Shown here: positions 37,601 to 50,480 of the stretch, piece after piece | Layout: the number at the start of each line of letters is the position of its first letter | Numbering within the stretch: the stretch's first letter is position 1 | Assembly: GCA_043228905.1 (NCBI GenBank) | Contig: JBHGNT010000004.1 | Location: forward strand, 20,460,001-20,524,000 | Length of the DNA: 64,000 nucleotides | From: Azolla caroliniana | Lineage: Eukaryota > Plantae > Polypodiophyta | Reading direction: 5' to 3' | Made by a program: the position numbers and the translations under genes | The notes under the pieces: model-generated | The model's input: the letters and a program-made list of their open reading frames with translations, nothing else | Told to the model about the DNA's origin: nothing | Database searches by the model: none

Positions 37601-40600
37601 TTATCGGGTGTCAAAGGTATTTGATCCCTTGAGTGCTTCATGATCGAAGGCCCACAAAATGAAGGGATGAGTTTCGATTCAGTATCCACCTCTTAGTTGA
37701 GCTTGGGGAGGGTATTGAGAAACAAGCTTATCATGCATTGTGTGTGAACACATGCGTAGTGGGCTAATAGCATTAAAGGCCCAAAACTAGTCGTTCTTGT
37801 AAAGAAAATGTGGCAACTACCATGGGATGTTGTAATTTACATGTCATGCATTTAACGAGAGAGTATGTAACTGACATTTCACATGCATATAATGAGAGAA
37901 AGTTCTCTATCCCACTCCCGCTAATGTCGGTCGTTTTAGAGAGAATGTAGAAAGAAAAAAAGGAAGAAAGATATATTAACTTCTTTTAAGAGGCCAAAAT
38001 GGCCTATAAGCCCAAACAAGAGATTACATCGTAAGTGTTGTCTCGTCTTTGAAAACAAATCAAAATAAAATAAATATTATTCAGTAAATATAAAAGTAAA
38101 TAAGATAAAAAGAGACAAAAGAATCTGGTTTTCGGCACATGTGAGATTCTCAAGTTAGATATATTATAACTTTTGTCTTCGAAAGGTCTCTAGCATAGGT
38201 TGATCCAGAATGGAGAGGTCTCCAAAACGAGGGAAGCAGCTGTGATGGCAGGAGATAATTGCCTTTATCTGTTGATGACAAGGGTGCTCAGGTCGTGGTC
38301 CATAGAGAGAGGGTGGCTCAACGGAAAGCACCTTTGTCTCATGTTATTGGTTGTTGCCCTAGTCTCACTTTATTGTAACTCCATCCTTGACAATACAATC
38401 TCTTCTTGTTTGGTCTTATAGGTCGATTTGTCCTCTTAAAATATGTCTATATATATATTTCTTTCTCTCTCATCTTGCTTATTTCACACAGACAATGGAA
38501 CACATACTCTGTTGCATACTAATTCCTACATATGACATGCATATGAGAGCTTAGAATCACACGTTCTAGCCCTAATTCCTACATATGACATGCATATGAG
38601 AGGTTAGTTACATATTCTTTCATTAAACGCATATAGCATGTTAGTTACTATATTCCATGTTAGTCATAATATTCTCTTTTCTAGAATGACTAGTGGTGGG
38701 TGTCTAATGCTCATGGTCCATTCAGCACTTGTCCACTCACTATGCATGATGAGCTTGTTTCTCAATACCCTTCTTCAAGCTTGACCAAGGGCTGGAAGTT
38801 GAATCTGAACTTGCTTCTTCATTTTCCGGATGTCAAATCCCAGACCACTAGTTGGATTGAATCCCTCTGATTTTGGATCGCTTGGTGGGTATACCGTTTA
38901 AGCTTGTTCCTTCATCTTGGATTTTACTTTATCATACTCATCCTCAAGATTGGTGAATCATGTTGATGTAGGCCCAAGTGCCTTTGAAATGGTCAAAACT
39001 TGTTTGCTCCAAGTGCCATGGTATTAGATATTTGCTGTTTGTTAATCATCATGGATATGTTGGAGATCCATATCTCATATTGTAATTTGCTCACAGATGT
39101 AGTGATAATGCACCTCAATTGTGCATGAAATGCCAGATTTTGTGCCAGTTATGTACTATTGGGGTTTTCACAGGAGATTTTGTGCCAGTTATGTAGTGGA
39201 CAAGGTAGCCATAATGCACACAATGCAGTAGTTGAAAATGGAGCCATAATGCACAGTGTAATAGTGGACACTATATAGATCGGGTGAGTGGTGTCTTCAC
39301 CCATCTCCTCATAGCTGGGTCAAGTTATTTTCAGGTACTTTGTGGGGAATACGTGTCCAAGGCCTTTCAGGTATTTTGTGACAGCAAAGAAATAAAGAGG
39401 GAGTTCACTAACCCTTTCTTGATGCAAATAATGTGGCTGATTATGTCATGGTGACAGACTGGTGAACCTTCTTGCTTCAAGGAAGCGATGGACAGACAGT
39501 ATAGCAAGAACTGGTATAAAGCCATGTTGTTACAGATGGAATCTCTTGAGAAAAATGGCACTTGGAACTTGGAACTTGGTGCAGAAAACACTTCCATGCA
39601 AATGGGTTAAGAAGATGAATGTCACTTTTTCGCTGAAGTGCAAAGTAAGATTGGTTGCGATGTGGTACAAGCAGGAAAATGCTGTTAATTTTGATGAAAT
39701 CTTCTCTCATCTAGTCAAGGTGACTACATTGAGAACCATTTTGGGTTTGGTTTCAGTTGAAGTTATCAAGCTTATACAGAAGGATGTAAAAACTGTTTTT
39801 TTACATGGCAATCTGCTTGAAGAGATATATATGCAGCAGCACTGAAGGGTTTGTTGCAAAAGGCAAATAAGATGGTATGTAAGCTCAATAGGAGTTTGTA
39901 TGGGCTGAAACATGTACCAAGAGAATGGTAACATAAATTTGATACATTTATGCAGACTCAAGGTGTTGACAGAAGTCAAGTGGAGTGTTGCATTGTCTCC
40001 TACAGAGGTGGAGTATGTGGCTGCGATTGCGACATGCACGGAGGCTTTATGGATTTCACATCTGATGGGAGGTCTTGGCAAACAGAGTTATCTGTTCTTC
40101 ATTGTGATGTTCAGAGTGCTATCATGCTAGCAGGGAATCATGTCTTTCATGCAAAGACAAAGGACATACAGGTGAAGTATATCTTCATCAAAGATATACT
40201 TGACAACCAGAAGATTGAGCTTGTCTAAATGTATACAGATCATAATCCTACAGATATTCTCACGAATAGTCTTCTAGCAGAGCAGTTTGGTCATTGCGAA
40301 CAAATGATGGGAGTTTGATAGATATATGTATTTCAGCTTTGTACATACTTTGACATAGGTGATCTTTTTCCCCTCAAGACACATGGCCTCTAGGTTGGAG
40401 ATTGTTGGGAATAAAGGGCCATCGTGCCTTGATTAGTGCGTGGGTGTGAATAAATACAGACCACAGTTCATTGTTCATATATAATCTATTGAAAAACCTA
40501 AAGGGTTTACACCCAAAAAAGAAAGACTGCGCATCTCTCTATCTCTACCTCTGCAGCTCTCTCTCTCTCTCTCTTGTATGGTCCAGCAGTGCCCTGATTT

Positions 40601-43600
40601 GCTCTCAGCTCCCTTCTCAAGAGACTAGCTGGTAATTGATTAGTCAGTAACCATCTGACAGAAATTAGCTTCCGCCTCACGTCCAAGGGCAATGCCCAAA
40701 CCACATGGCCTAGGCTTTTAGCAGCTAGAAATCTTTACTCAGACTGAGCCATGTGGGCATCCATATCCATCTCATGCTATGATTAAAGACCAAACTGAAA
40801 TTAAGATGAACTTTACCTAGATTATACTTTACCTGGAAGAAATGGTTTCAAATATTTTTCCTTATGCTGTTCTTGAATTGTTCCAGGATATGTGGCTGTA
40901 CATGTCAGAAGAGAAATTTTTTAATGACTTCAAAAATGAAAAAGCTTTGGTGTGGCATGAAACAAACATCCCATATGCCGTATGGGGACCCCAGAGTGTT
41001 CGCAATCAGCACATTCTATATGATCCTTCTGAGGTATTTGGGTTCCATTTGCTTTTATTATCTACATCTCTGCTACTCAAATTGCTTTTGTATTTGGGTT
41101 CCGTCTATTATGATTATGCAATACTCAGACATTTGTACTGGCAGATTGTAAATCGAAATGTGACAGTTTATGTACATGCTTTCTTCGCCCGTTCTGGTTA
41201 TACTGCTGATCCAAATGATCCAGAATTTGATGAATTTTCTTTCAATAGAACACATCGTAAGTAGTTTGGGGTTGGAAATGTCTCTTTTTTCTTGCATGAG
41301 TTTGCCTTATTTCTGGATGTCTTGCATTCAGCAATTGTGATCTATCTACCCAAACCTAAAATCGACAAGAGGAAAAGTCTTTTAGCTGGTACAAATGAAG
41401 GAGCAGAGCTGCAAACTGCCCCGGTAACTCCATACTCTAGGATTTCAGTTCAACTTTCAAGTTATTTTGGTTAACGCGTAGTATTTTGCAATGCCTTCCC
41501 AGACCGTGTTCTAATTTTCCAGCTCTTGAGAATCCACAAGCTAAATGATGAATGTTTTCTGTTTGTATTCTAAAAAGGCCGTTGTTGGGGAACACAAGGA
41601 GGAGGAAGAAGCTCCTGAATATGTACCATTTTGGAAGCCAAATGTAACCATTAACCTGGTTGATGATTCTACCAGGTTTGTTATTTGTCTTGAGGTTGTT
41701 GGTATGTTTATCGTGTGATGCTTTAAGTTTTGATAATTTATAGTTGTCTCACTGAACTAGATATTCAAGAAATGCTCTGCCTCCCCATGTTGCAGAACGT
41801 ATCCTACCATATATGTGCTATTTCTTTCTTAATTTGAATTATTCATTGATGTTCCTATAACTTTAACCATTATGGTGAAAGAAATCTAAACCTTGACATG
41901 AATATAGACATAAATATTGATCCAAAGACAGGAAATTACTTTCCAACTATATTCTTCAACGAATTCTGGCTGTTGAGGGAGAAACTTGTGGCTGTGAATG
42001 CTACAGTAACAGAACTAATGTTGGACCTTGAAGTAGGGCCAATTGGCTTGACAAAGTGGCAAATTTTCTTGCAGATGGATCAATCATTCCAAATTCATAG
42101 AAATTATGGTAGTATGTTGGAAGGTGAAGCTGATGAGCTGAAGGTGAGATTTTTTCACAGTTAGATGACCATTATCGTAGCTGTGCCTCCAGTGGACTGA
42201 TTTCTGCATGTTCCTTGAGCAGAGGGTCTTCTTGGAGGGAAACCCTTATTTGTTGGTCATCACCATGTTTGTGTCTTTGTTACACTCAATTTTTGATTTC
42301 CTAGCTTTCAAAAATGGTAAAACTTTCCTGGATTCAATATTATATTTTTCTTCGACTTCATTTAATTGATTGGCTTCCATTTATTTTGCCAATTTTAACT
42401 TGATGAATGATTATATTTCCAGACATACAGTTTTGGAACAAGAACAAGTCCATGGAAGGGTTATCGGCCAAGTCGGTGGTTGTCAGTTTTATTTGTCAGC
42501 TAGTTGTTTTCCTATATCTGTTGGACAATGAGACATCATGGATGATCATAGCAAGTGCTGGAATTGGTTGCTGCATTGAGTTTTGGAAAATTGGAAAAGC
42601 TATGCATGTTGAGGTTTGTGAGTTTTCTTGTTGTGCTGATTTCATTTGTGCATGTTTTGTTTTCCGTCTCTTAATGCATTGTATTTGGGCAACTATTTCA
42701 GATTGATCGAAGCCGAGGTTTTCCTATCCTCAGATTCAAAGACCGTGAATCTTATGCAGGGAACAAAACTAAGGAATATGATGATCTAGCAATGAAATAT
42801 CTTTCTTATGTGCTGTTTCTCTTGGTCATAGGTTTCTCTGTATATTCATTAATGTATGAACGCCACAAGAGCTGGTACTCGTGGATATTATCGTCATGCA
42901 CAAGTTGTGTGTACACTTTCGGTAAGTTGTAATGCATTTCCAGAGTAAAAGTAATAGTTCATAATCTTTTGGTTTATGTTATCTGCTAGTATTTTTTCAG
43001 CTTTTAGTTTATGTTATCCACTACTTCTACTTTTTCAGGTTTCATCATGATGTGTCCACAACTGTTCATTAATTATAAGCTGAAATCAGTTGCTCATCTA
43101 CCATGGAGACAGATGACTTACAAATTTCTAAACACAATCATAGATGACCTGTTCGCATTTGTTATCAAGATGCCAATGCTACATCGACTTTCTGTTTTCC
43201 GTGATGGTATATAAGTACTTAACTTTTTTTAACTGTGCACATTTGTTCTTTGAATCATCCATAACTATTGACAAGCATTACAATGAAGGACTATAGCACG
43301 GGTTGGTTTTTGTTTATTAAAACTATCAGCATTATCAGAAATGGAATACCTTAGCTATGAATTGTCCCTTGTAATGATAAGGTGCAATTCACCGCAGCAT
43401 GCTGTATACAGAAGGTTGTCAATAGCAAAATTCAACCAATTATAGAAATGGGAATAGTGCATGGTTGAAACTGCAACGTATTGGGAAATTGGAACTGGGG
43501 GTTCTCAAGGTTCCATCGAAGTTGAAAACCATGTGGAACTGACCTATGGAGTGTATCTATACAGTAAATATGAAAGTTCTATGTAGTACTTAAAAATATG

Positions 43601-43992
43601 AGCAAATATGTAGTTCAGGTCAGGTAAATTTCTGGAGAGTCAATTAGCTCCCTGAAATTCAAGAAGTGCACAGTATCAAGAAGTTAAAATCAACAAATGT
43701 AAAATACTGGAATGTGTATTTGCTACAGCAATATTTTATTCTTTAAAAGCTTTTTTAGGTATTAATGAGCTGGTTTTACAATTGGTAAAGTTTCTTCTTG
43801 ATGTGTGTGTGGTTTGCAGATATTATCTTCTTAATATATTTGTATCAACGCTGGAAGTACCCGGTGGACAAATCTCGAGTCAATGAATTCGGGTTTGGGG
43901 GAGAAGAAAAGAAAGAAGAAAGCAAGCGGAATGGCGTCGAACCTCCTGAAAGTATTGTTGATGCTTCTGAGGAGAGCAAGAAAAGCAAGTAA
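34602..43992 (+). CDS. CLPTM1: CLPTM1-family (cleft lip and palate transmembrane protein 1 homologue), 12 exons
   Basis: Exons 34602-34856, 40887-41033, 41145-41256, 41332-41423, 41578-41675, 41761-41798, 41908-42143, 42223-42316, 42423-42613, 42702-42921, 43039-43206 and 43820-43992 join in frame. Family motifs: FLAFKNDIQFW, PQLFINYKLKSVAHLPW, LNTIIDDLFAFVIKMP, YQRWKYPVDKSRVNEFG. Confidence 0.95.
34633..34690 (+). repeat. Coding 9-bp repeat (GCCGCCCCT)x6 giving (AAP)n
   Basis: Direct reading in exon 1. Confidence 0.9.
35850..37760 (+). mobile_element. Decayed Copia relic (INT end, RT, RH, PPT/LTR start) in CLPTM1 intron 1
   Basis: QMDMENAFLQGELEEEV, GYTDVDWVG, ISWSSKKKPIVALSSTEAEY, HAQTKHIEVH, DIFAKALG; PPT ttggggagggta near 37703-37714. 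Confidence 0.8.
37940..38470 (-). mobile_element. Short 3' relic of the (CT)n-associated LINE family
   Basis: gaaagatatattaacttcttttaagaggccaaaatggcc resembles the LINE 3' terminus at 2990-3030. Confidence 0.45.
38720..39150 (-). mobile_element. Second Copia 3' relic (RH end, PPT, LTR start), inverted relative to the 35850-37760 relic
   Basis: Minus strand reads FHA...IEVHYHYICEQI. 38725-38790 is the reverse complement of ~37690-37755. Confidence 0.7.
39400..40450 (+). mobile_element. Internally deleted Copia relic
   Basis: TGEPSCFKEA, DVKTVFLHGNL, then a jump to VALSPTEVEY, CDVQSAI, FHAKTKDIQVKY; PPT-like sequence followed by TGTTGGG at ~40403. Confidence 0.8.
41799..41907 (+). other. U12-type (minor spliceosome) GT-AG intron
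   Basis: Donor GTATCCT, branch site CCTTGAC (41891-41897) 10 nt before the acceptor end, no polypyrimidine tract; the frame is preserved. Confidence 0.85.
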
Positions 43993-44769
43993 AATGAAAA
44001 CCTTTTGGTACCTGATGAGATGGATTTTGTTTTTTAAACTCTCGATGTTCATTGGAACATTTCGGCCCAAGTATAGCATGCCTCATGATGCAAACAATGA
44101 GCAAATTGGACACAATGAAATCAACAGTGATAGGGGCTTTAGTAACTGTAGAACAAGAAGCCCAACTTGTGGTGAAAACACTCGACCATAAAGGATATGT
44201 TTCATGTGTTATATATATATATCACACGAGGCCACCTACAAAGTTATGTAAGATGAGAAGTTTTAAGATATGTTTCATGTCTCATGCTTTGAAAGTGTGT
44301 TGTGTGTGTTAGGTAGGGAGATGATAATTGTGGCTGCTTTGAGTTATTGAGATGGATAGGTGTCACGTTGAGTTTTAGGAACTTGAACACAAACCCGCAT
44401 CCAATATGAGAGTTAAAAATGGTGCAGAAGCAAAACTACTAGTGATGTGGATGGTGATTTTATGCATCAGTCAAAACTGGAAAATAAAACTTATAATGTT
44501 TGAGCATGAAATTAGAACCCTGATGTTGGAAGAGACAAGCTTTATTGCCTGATTGGGGAATCATCAGTGGATGACGTGACATTTCTATAGGTTACAAACG
44601 TTTTCATTGTTTCTAGTCCTCAAAAGGAATTTGAATAATTAACAAGATTCCCAATCATTTTTGCCATGGTTCAAACTTTTCATTAGAACAAGTTTGGCTA
44701 TTTTCGAAGCTGTGAAGTGCAACAAATGCTCAATTTTTTCAATCAATGCATTTTACTTGATTACAGAAG

Positions 44770-45360
44770 GTAATCATGAGGGGATTGATCATGGTGGCAT
44801 CTTTTGCAAGATTGCCAGAAATTCATGGATGCAAGTTTTGGAGCATGTTCACATGCTAGAACTTGTTCAAATGGTCATTAATTTCAATCAATGCATATTG
44901 CTCTATTCTGAAGGGTAATCAATCGTGAGGGGATTAATCATGGTGGCATCTTATTGAAGATTGCCAAAGACTTCAGGATGCAAGCTGTGGAACATATTCA
45001 GTGATAAAACATGACATGGATGAACTCTAACACTTCTTCAGTACAAAATCTTTCATTGATTCAGGTCCTCAAATGGAATTGATTTGAACAATTAACCACA
45101 AACCTTATCATTAGAGCAAATGGAACTATTTTCTTAAGGTCTCTATTCATCAATGCTCATTATTGCAATCCAAACTTAACGTCTCTAATTAACGTTTGCT
45201 ATCCAAACTTTTCATTAAAACAAATTGGACAAATTTCAATCAATGTTTTTTTCTCTTTTTGAGACGGTAATCATGAGGGGGTTGATCATGGTGGCTTTAG
45301 TTGCAAGATTGCCTAAAGTTCAAGGGTGCAGTTGTGGAACATGTGCACATGACAAATTTT
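44770..45360. repeat. Three diverged copies of a ~90-bp repeat (~44770, ~44920, ~45268)
   Basis: aatcatgagggg(a/g)ttgatcatggtggc...aagattgcc...gatgca(a)gttgtgga(a/g)cat recurs. Confidence 0.7.
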
Positions 45361-48300
45361 GCAATCAAGTGATTTTGCTAACACATTTTTGGGATTGTAT
45401 AAGCTACTTCCGAACAATTTGAGACAAAATATGGATGTTGTGGGAGCAAGCCTATCGGTGACCGACCATACGAGATTGGGCAATAGAGGTCCAATGATAT
45501 TGTAGAAGCAATTGATGCCAAACATTCGGTTTCTACTAATTGGGAACACATTACAATTGAACATTGTAAAGCAATTATCATGTACTTGAGTACCAACTCC
45601 AATATTTGCCTAGCAAGTGCAAGATCCATGAACACTTTGGTCTCCTAGTCCAATGATCTAGATAATCAAAATGTTAGTGATTTAGAGAGACATGAGAAAT
45701 GTTAATCTTGGATTGATTTGAACTTGAGTTGTCTGTGCACACTTAATATTTGTCTACCTAATAGTTTTATTAACAATTTCTAAATGCATTTTCAATTTTC
45801 CTTTACTTCACAATAATTGTGCTTCATTAAGAAGGCAATATAATCTCCAAATGGCTAAAGTCTTATGTAGAGTGTTTTTTTTGCGACCTATCATTGTAAA
45901 GATCTTAATGAGATGATCCACAACACTTTCAATATCCCAAAATTTGGAGTGGGGGTGGGAAAATTATGAAGGTTTCTCTTCTTAACATATATTGGTTTAG
46001 AGAATTTTTAGGGATATGCCCAAGTTTTAAAGTTCAAAGTTTGGATCATTTTTAGGGCTTTGATATGATTTATTGGATTAGTTTTAAAAGAAAAGAAAAT
46101 CTTATGTTTGATTTATGAATACATTCCACTTTAATTATTTGTGGAAATTTAAAAAAGCTAGTTTATCAGTTACGTCCTTTCAAGTTGGATTTAACTCACC
46201 ACCTTGTGTGTTGGTTCTTCTTTTGTGAAGGTCTAGCCAAGGTTAAGGAAGGGATCCCTTCATATTTCTCCAATGTGCAAAATATAATACATACAAGAGA
46301 TATGTACATATGCTAGAGAATAAATGAGATATTGATTTTATGGTAAACTCATACTTTTTGTAGGTAAAACAAGATTGTAACTCCTACTTCTAACTAGAGT
46401 TATTGCTACTATTTTCAAAACTACAGGAGTAGATTTCATGATACCCCTCCCATATTTTTGATATTGCACTTAAACAAAAGGAAGATTTTGTTAAAAGGAG
46501 ATGATCATATGTTGAAGGACTAAGTTTAATTTCTTGGGTGCATGGAAGAGTGCCTTTGTGAATCGAATGATTATCGTTATCAATAAGGATGCAATCTAAC
46601 ACATGATGGTTCTTATGCATTGCCCAACGATTGATGAGAGTTTGTTTTATTGTTCAACCACATTTATTTTGAAACATTCATGCCTTTTGTATTTAATGGT
46701 GTGGGGTTTCTTTATAAGTATGGGGTGTGATTGACGGAGACATTTTATTTTTTTCTATCAATGAATAGTGTTGTAGGTAGAGATTCTTATTTGCATGCTT
46801 ATACATATATAAAAACATTAGGCATATTTACCAATTGCAAGATATAATTATAAAGTGCTTTTGGCATGATATTTTAGTGCAACTTCCTATAAACAAGGAA
46901 GTAAAAAAGAGCATATCAATGAATACAGTTGTCAAGTTTAGTGGTATCATGTTGTAAGGGAAAACCAAGGTAGTTTAAAGCTTTTGTATAACACAAATGC
47001 AAAGTGGATGCCTTGCAACATGTGTATTGGTGAGGTAACTCATGAGTCATGAACATGGGATGAGTGTGAGAATAGTGATTATGTTTTAGGGTTTAGGTTT
47101 GGTGCTAATTAGGGTAGATGTAGAGGTAGCAAAAGTCACAAACTAGAATGAAAATAGAACTAATACAAGTTTAAGAGTTTTTAAAAATTAATGGAGTCTC
47201 TAATATTTCCTCTTAGCTTCTATGCAAAAACAAGAGGACAAGAGTAAACTAATAATAATAATAATAATAATTGACGATAATAATTACTATATTGTACTGG
47301 TATATTGATAAAAATTAAGCTTGTGCATTTATTTATCTAATATATAAATAGTTAGTATTAATACATTTTATATAATATCATATTGCCATTAAACACTTAG
47401 ATGTTATTTAAGACATAAAACACAAAGTTGTCACAAAAGGCTTCTTATGTGAATTATGTAAACTTTCACACAAATTTCCATCTATTCACTTTCTTGTGCA
47501 AATGTCATTCACAAAAGTTGTCACAAAAAGCTTGTTATGTGAATTATGTAAACTTTCTTGGTCCTTATTAGTGTGATTGTATAGCTTCATTTTCATAACA
47601 ATCTTTGCTCTGGTGCCATTATTGTGATATTCTTTGATGATGAGTAATGGGTTATAAGTTTCACTTCTTCTTTTTTCCTTTTTAATGTTATAAGTTTAAC
47701 TCTAGTAGGTTATATTAAACTTTCGTCATAAGTTTAAGTCTAGTGTTTGAAAAGAGACCCATCAAAAGATCATATGTATTCAAAAGCCTATAGATGCCAT
47801 TTTACCTTGATGCCCTTTTAATAACTAATGATAATCTCGCGTTTGACTTCAATTTTATTTATTTTAACTTGAAATGGTGATTCTTTCAGCTACATTTCAT
47901 CCCTAATATCAATTATCCCCTTTGCTTAGTTCCTTCTTGGTGTAATTATCAAGGCCCCCCAAAAAAAAATTTCTCCAATAAAAAATCCTCAAAGGCAAAT
48001 CCCTTTCACTAATATTATTCAAGATATGATATAGATGGGCTTACATGCCTTTTGAATTGGGTCATCCATGTGTCAATTCAATTAACATCAAATCTATATG
48101 GTATATGTGTTGATAGTTCATTGTAGAAGTTTAATTTCTACATGTATAGCATGAAAGTGGAAAGAATGCAAGTAGCATCATGCCTTTTTCTTTTTTCACG
48201 TGGCTTGAAAATCACTTGTACCATCAAACAAAAGAGGCATCGAGAAGCAATACAACTTTGATCTCTCTCTTTCTTCCTCTTTTTTCCATAAAAGTCATGT

Positions 48301-48883
48301 TCGTATGAAAACATCATGATAGTACAAAGTACCCTTGTTGCATCTACGACAATAATGAGGATCCTATCAAACGATAAACGTCGTAAAGTGTTGCAAGAAT
48401 ATTGACATAAAGAGAGCTCCTTCGAGGACAAGGTGCCCACAAATCTTAATTGCGAGAATTGCCAAATAAACTTTCCTTTTAGCCCACATAATTCTTGTGG
48501 TAATCTATCATACCATCAAACAAGAACCCATTTCTCATACCCCAAGTTTAACATAGACCCCAATAGTCATTGTAGTCAAAGACGACCTCATATAACGAGA
48601 AGAGTAAAGTTGTAGCTCCTTGAGCAAAAAACCATTGAAAGAGTGACTAAATTTTCCTACTTAAACGGTGCATGAAGATGCAATGTAGCAATCCAAACTT
48701 CTATTTTTTTTATTACTAGTGGGAATTAGTTCAACTACCAATCCTAGGCCTTGGGTTCAAGAATCACCTTTCACGCAACAAACAACAGCATGTTACACAT
48801 CCTTAATATATCATACATGTTTTTTCTTAATAGATGTCATTGTGGAATGTAGGGGTTGAAGGAATGAGCTACATCCATATGGG

Positions 48884-48922
<39 letters not shown>

Positions 48923-48991
48923 CTCGCCATGGGGTATACCCCATCTCATACAATGCAATCAATCTCCCACCGACGTTAGAAAAGATATCGA

Positions 48992-49026
<35 letters not shown>

Positions 49027-49849
49027 TTGTGAACAAGGTGGTTATTTACGATATCGACAAAGCTATAAAGAAAAGAGAGTCTGGGCTCAAATCTAGGCCT
49101 CCCATAAATCCACATGTGCTCTCAATATCAACACAAACAAACACACACGTTTATGTGTGTGCGTGTGCATGCTCCCATCTTAGTTTCGAGCACAAGATAA
49201 AGAGGGTTGATATGTTTGAAATTGTCACCATCTTTTCCATATAGAGAGAAGAGACACACAATTGTGGCACATGGAGAAACTTATCCTTTTTTTCCCATCA
49301 TCTTAGTTCTAAATAAAAAACAAAAACAAAAGTAGAGTAATAAATAACTTCATATAAAGACATACATACATATCATGATGTCTTGTCAGTTTTTCCACTT
49401 TTTGAGAACTTGATACAATTTGGTTTTTGTAAAGATAAACATCCGAAGGTGTCAATATTCTCGCACCATCTCTATTTATGCGAGAAAAATGATGTGAAAT
49501 AATTATCAGCACGTATAGTTCATGCATACTTTCATCAAATTGTCCAACCTTTTATTTTTGTCAAATGCTAGATAGGTACCTTTGAGTTTGAACCACAAAG
49601 CTCATATTCATTTTTCTATCTCTTCCTTCTCTTTTTGAGTCATGTGTAACACTGTCGATAGAACCCAATCATGGCAACCTATTTGTTTCCTTTACCTATT
49701 CGTCAAAGTCTCCTACTTCCTTGGAAATGATTTTTTTCTTTTTCCATAAAAAATTATCCTTCATTGTCATTAAAATTAAAGTGGACAATATACAAGATAA
49801 TCCAATATTACAACGAATATTGTATAGCCATGTTGAATGACTGTAGTCA

Positions 49850-50480
49850 ATCTTTCTATGTAAAGATAAATAATCCTTCTAGCCAATCTTATTCATGTTC
49901 GACATATCCAAGAAAAATGTTTCATCCAGCAATCCCGTTCTTTCAATCTCAGCATGCATCTCACGTTCCTTCATAATCTCCTTGCATTGTCAATGTCTTT
50001 GCACTTGCAATACATGTCTATAAGAGCATTGCTCACAAAGACATTCAAGTCATAACCACTTGCAGGTGTATGGTTGTCATGTCTATCATCTGATTTGCAA
50101 TAGTGATGTCTACTAACAAACCATTTTTATAATAAGGTTATGTAATTGCTTGGCATAAGCCAGATTTCCTTCTTTTTTGCATCTCTTTATAAGAAAAAAT
50201 ACCGATTCCTTTGGAATAGTTTTTCCTTCAGTAAACAATTCCTAAAGTTCTTGAAATTCCTTGTTGATTGATCCATCGTCATGCACCTCACTAAAAGCCC
50301 CGGCCAAAATAGTGATCCTTCTCTTGCACCTGATGATTTTTGTATTTGAAGGTATATCATTGTCAACCAAGCATGCTAATTTGACTCTAATGTATATAAT
50401 GGCAATGATTTTGCGGATCTCCGATTCTTGCAAGAATAAAGTATTATCAGCTATTGTCCCATATGATGCCTAGAGCAATG
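49850..50480 (-). pseudogene. PLS-class PPR pseudogene fragment
   Basis: Minus strand reads SGYDLNVFVSNALIDMYCKCKDIDNAR and EREMHAEIERTGLLD, with frameshifts and stops. Confidence 0.65.

Noticed and set aside
48140-48700. Possible L1 relic
   Set aside because: Similarity too weak to support without a search.
50040-50100. IHLQ as a possible HUH/Replitron motif
   Set aside because: An adjacent frame gives clear PPR motifs, and no other HUH motifs are present.
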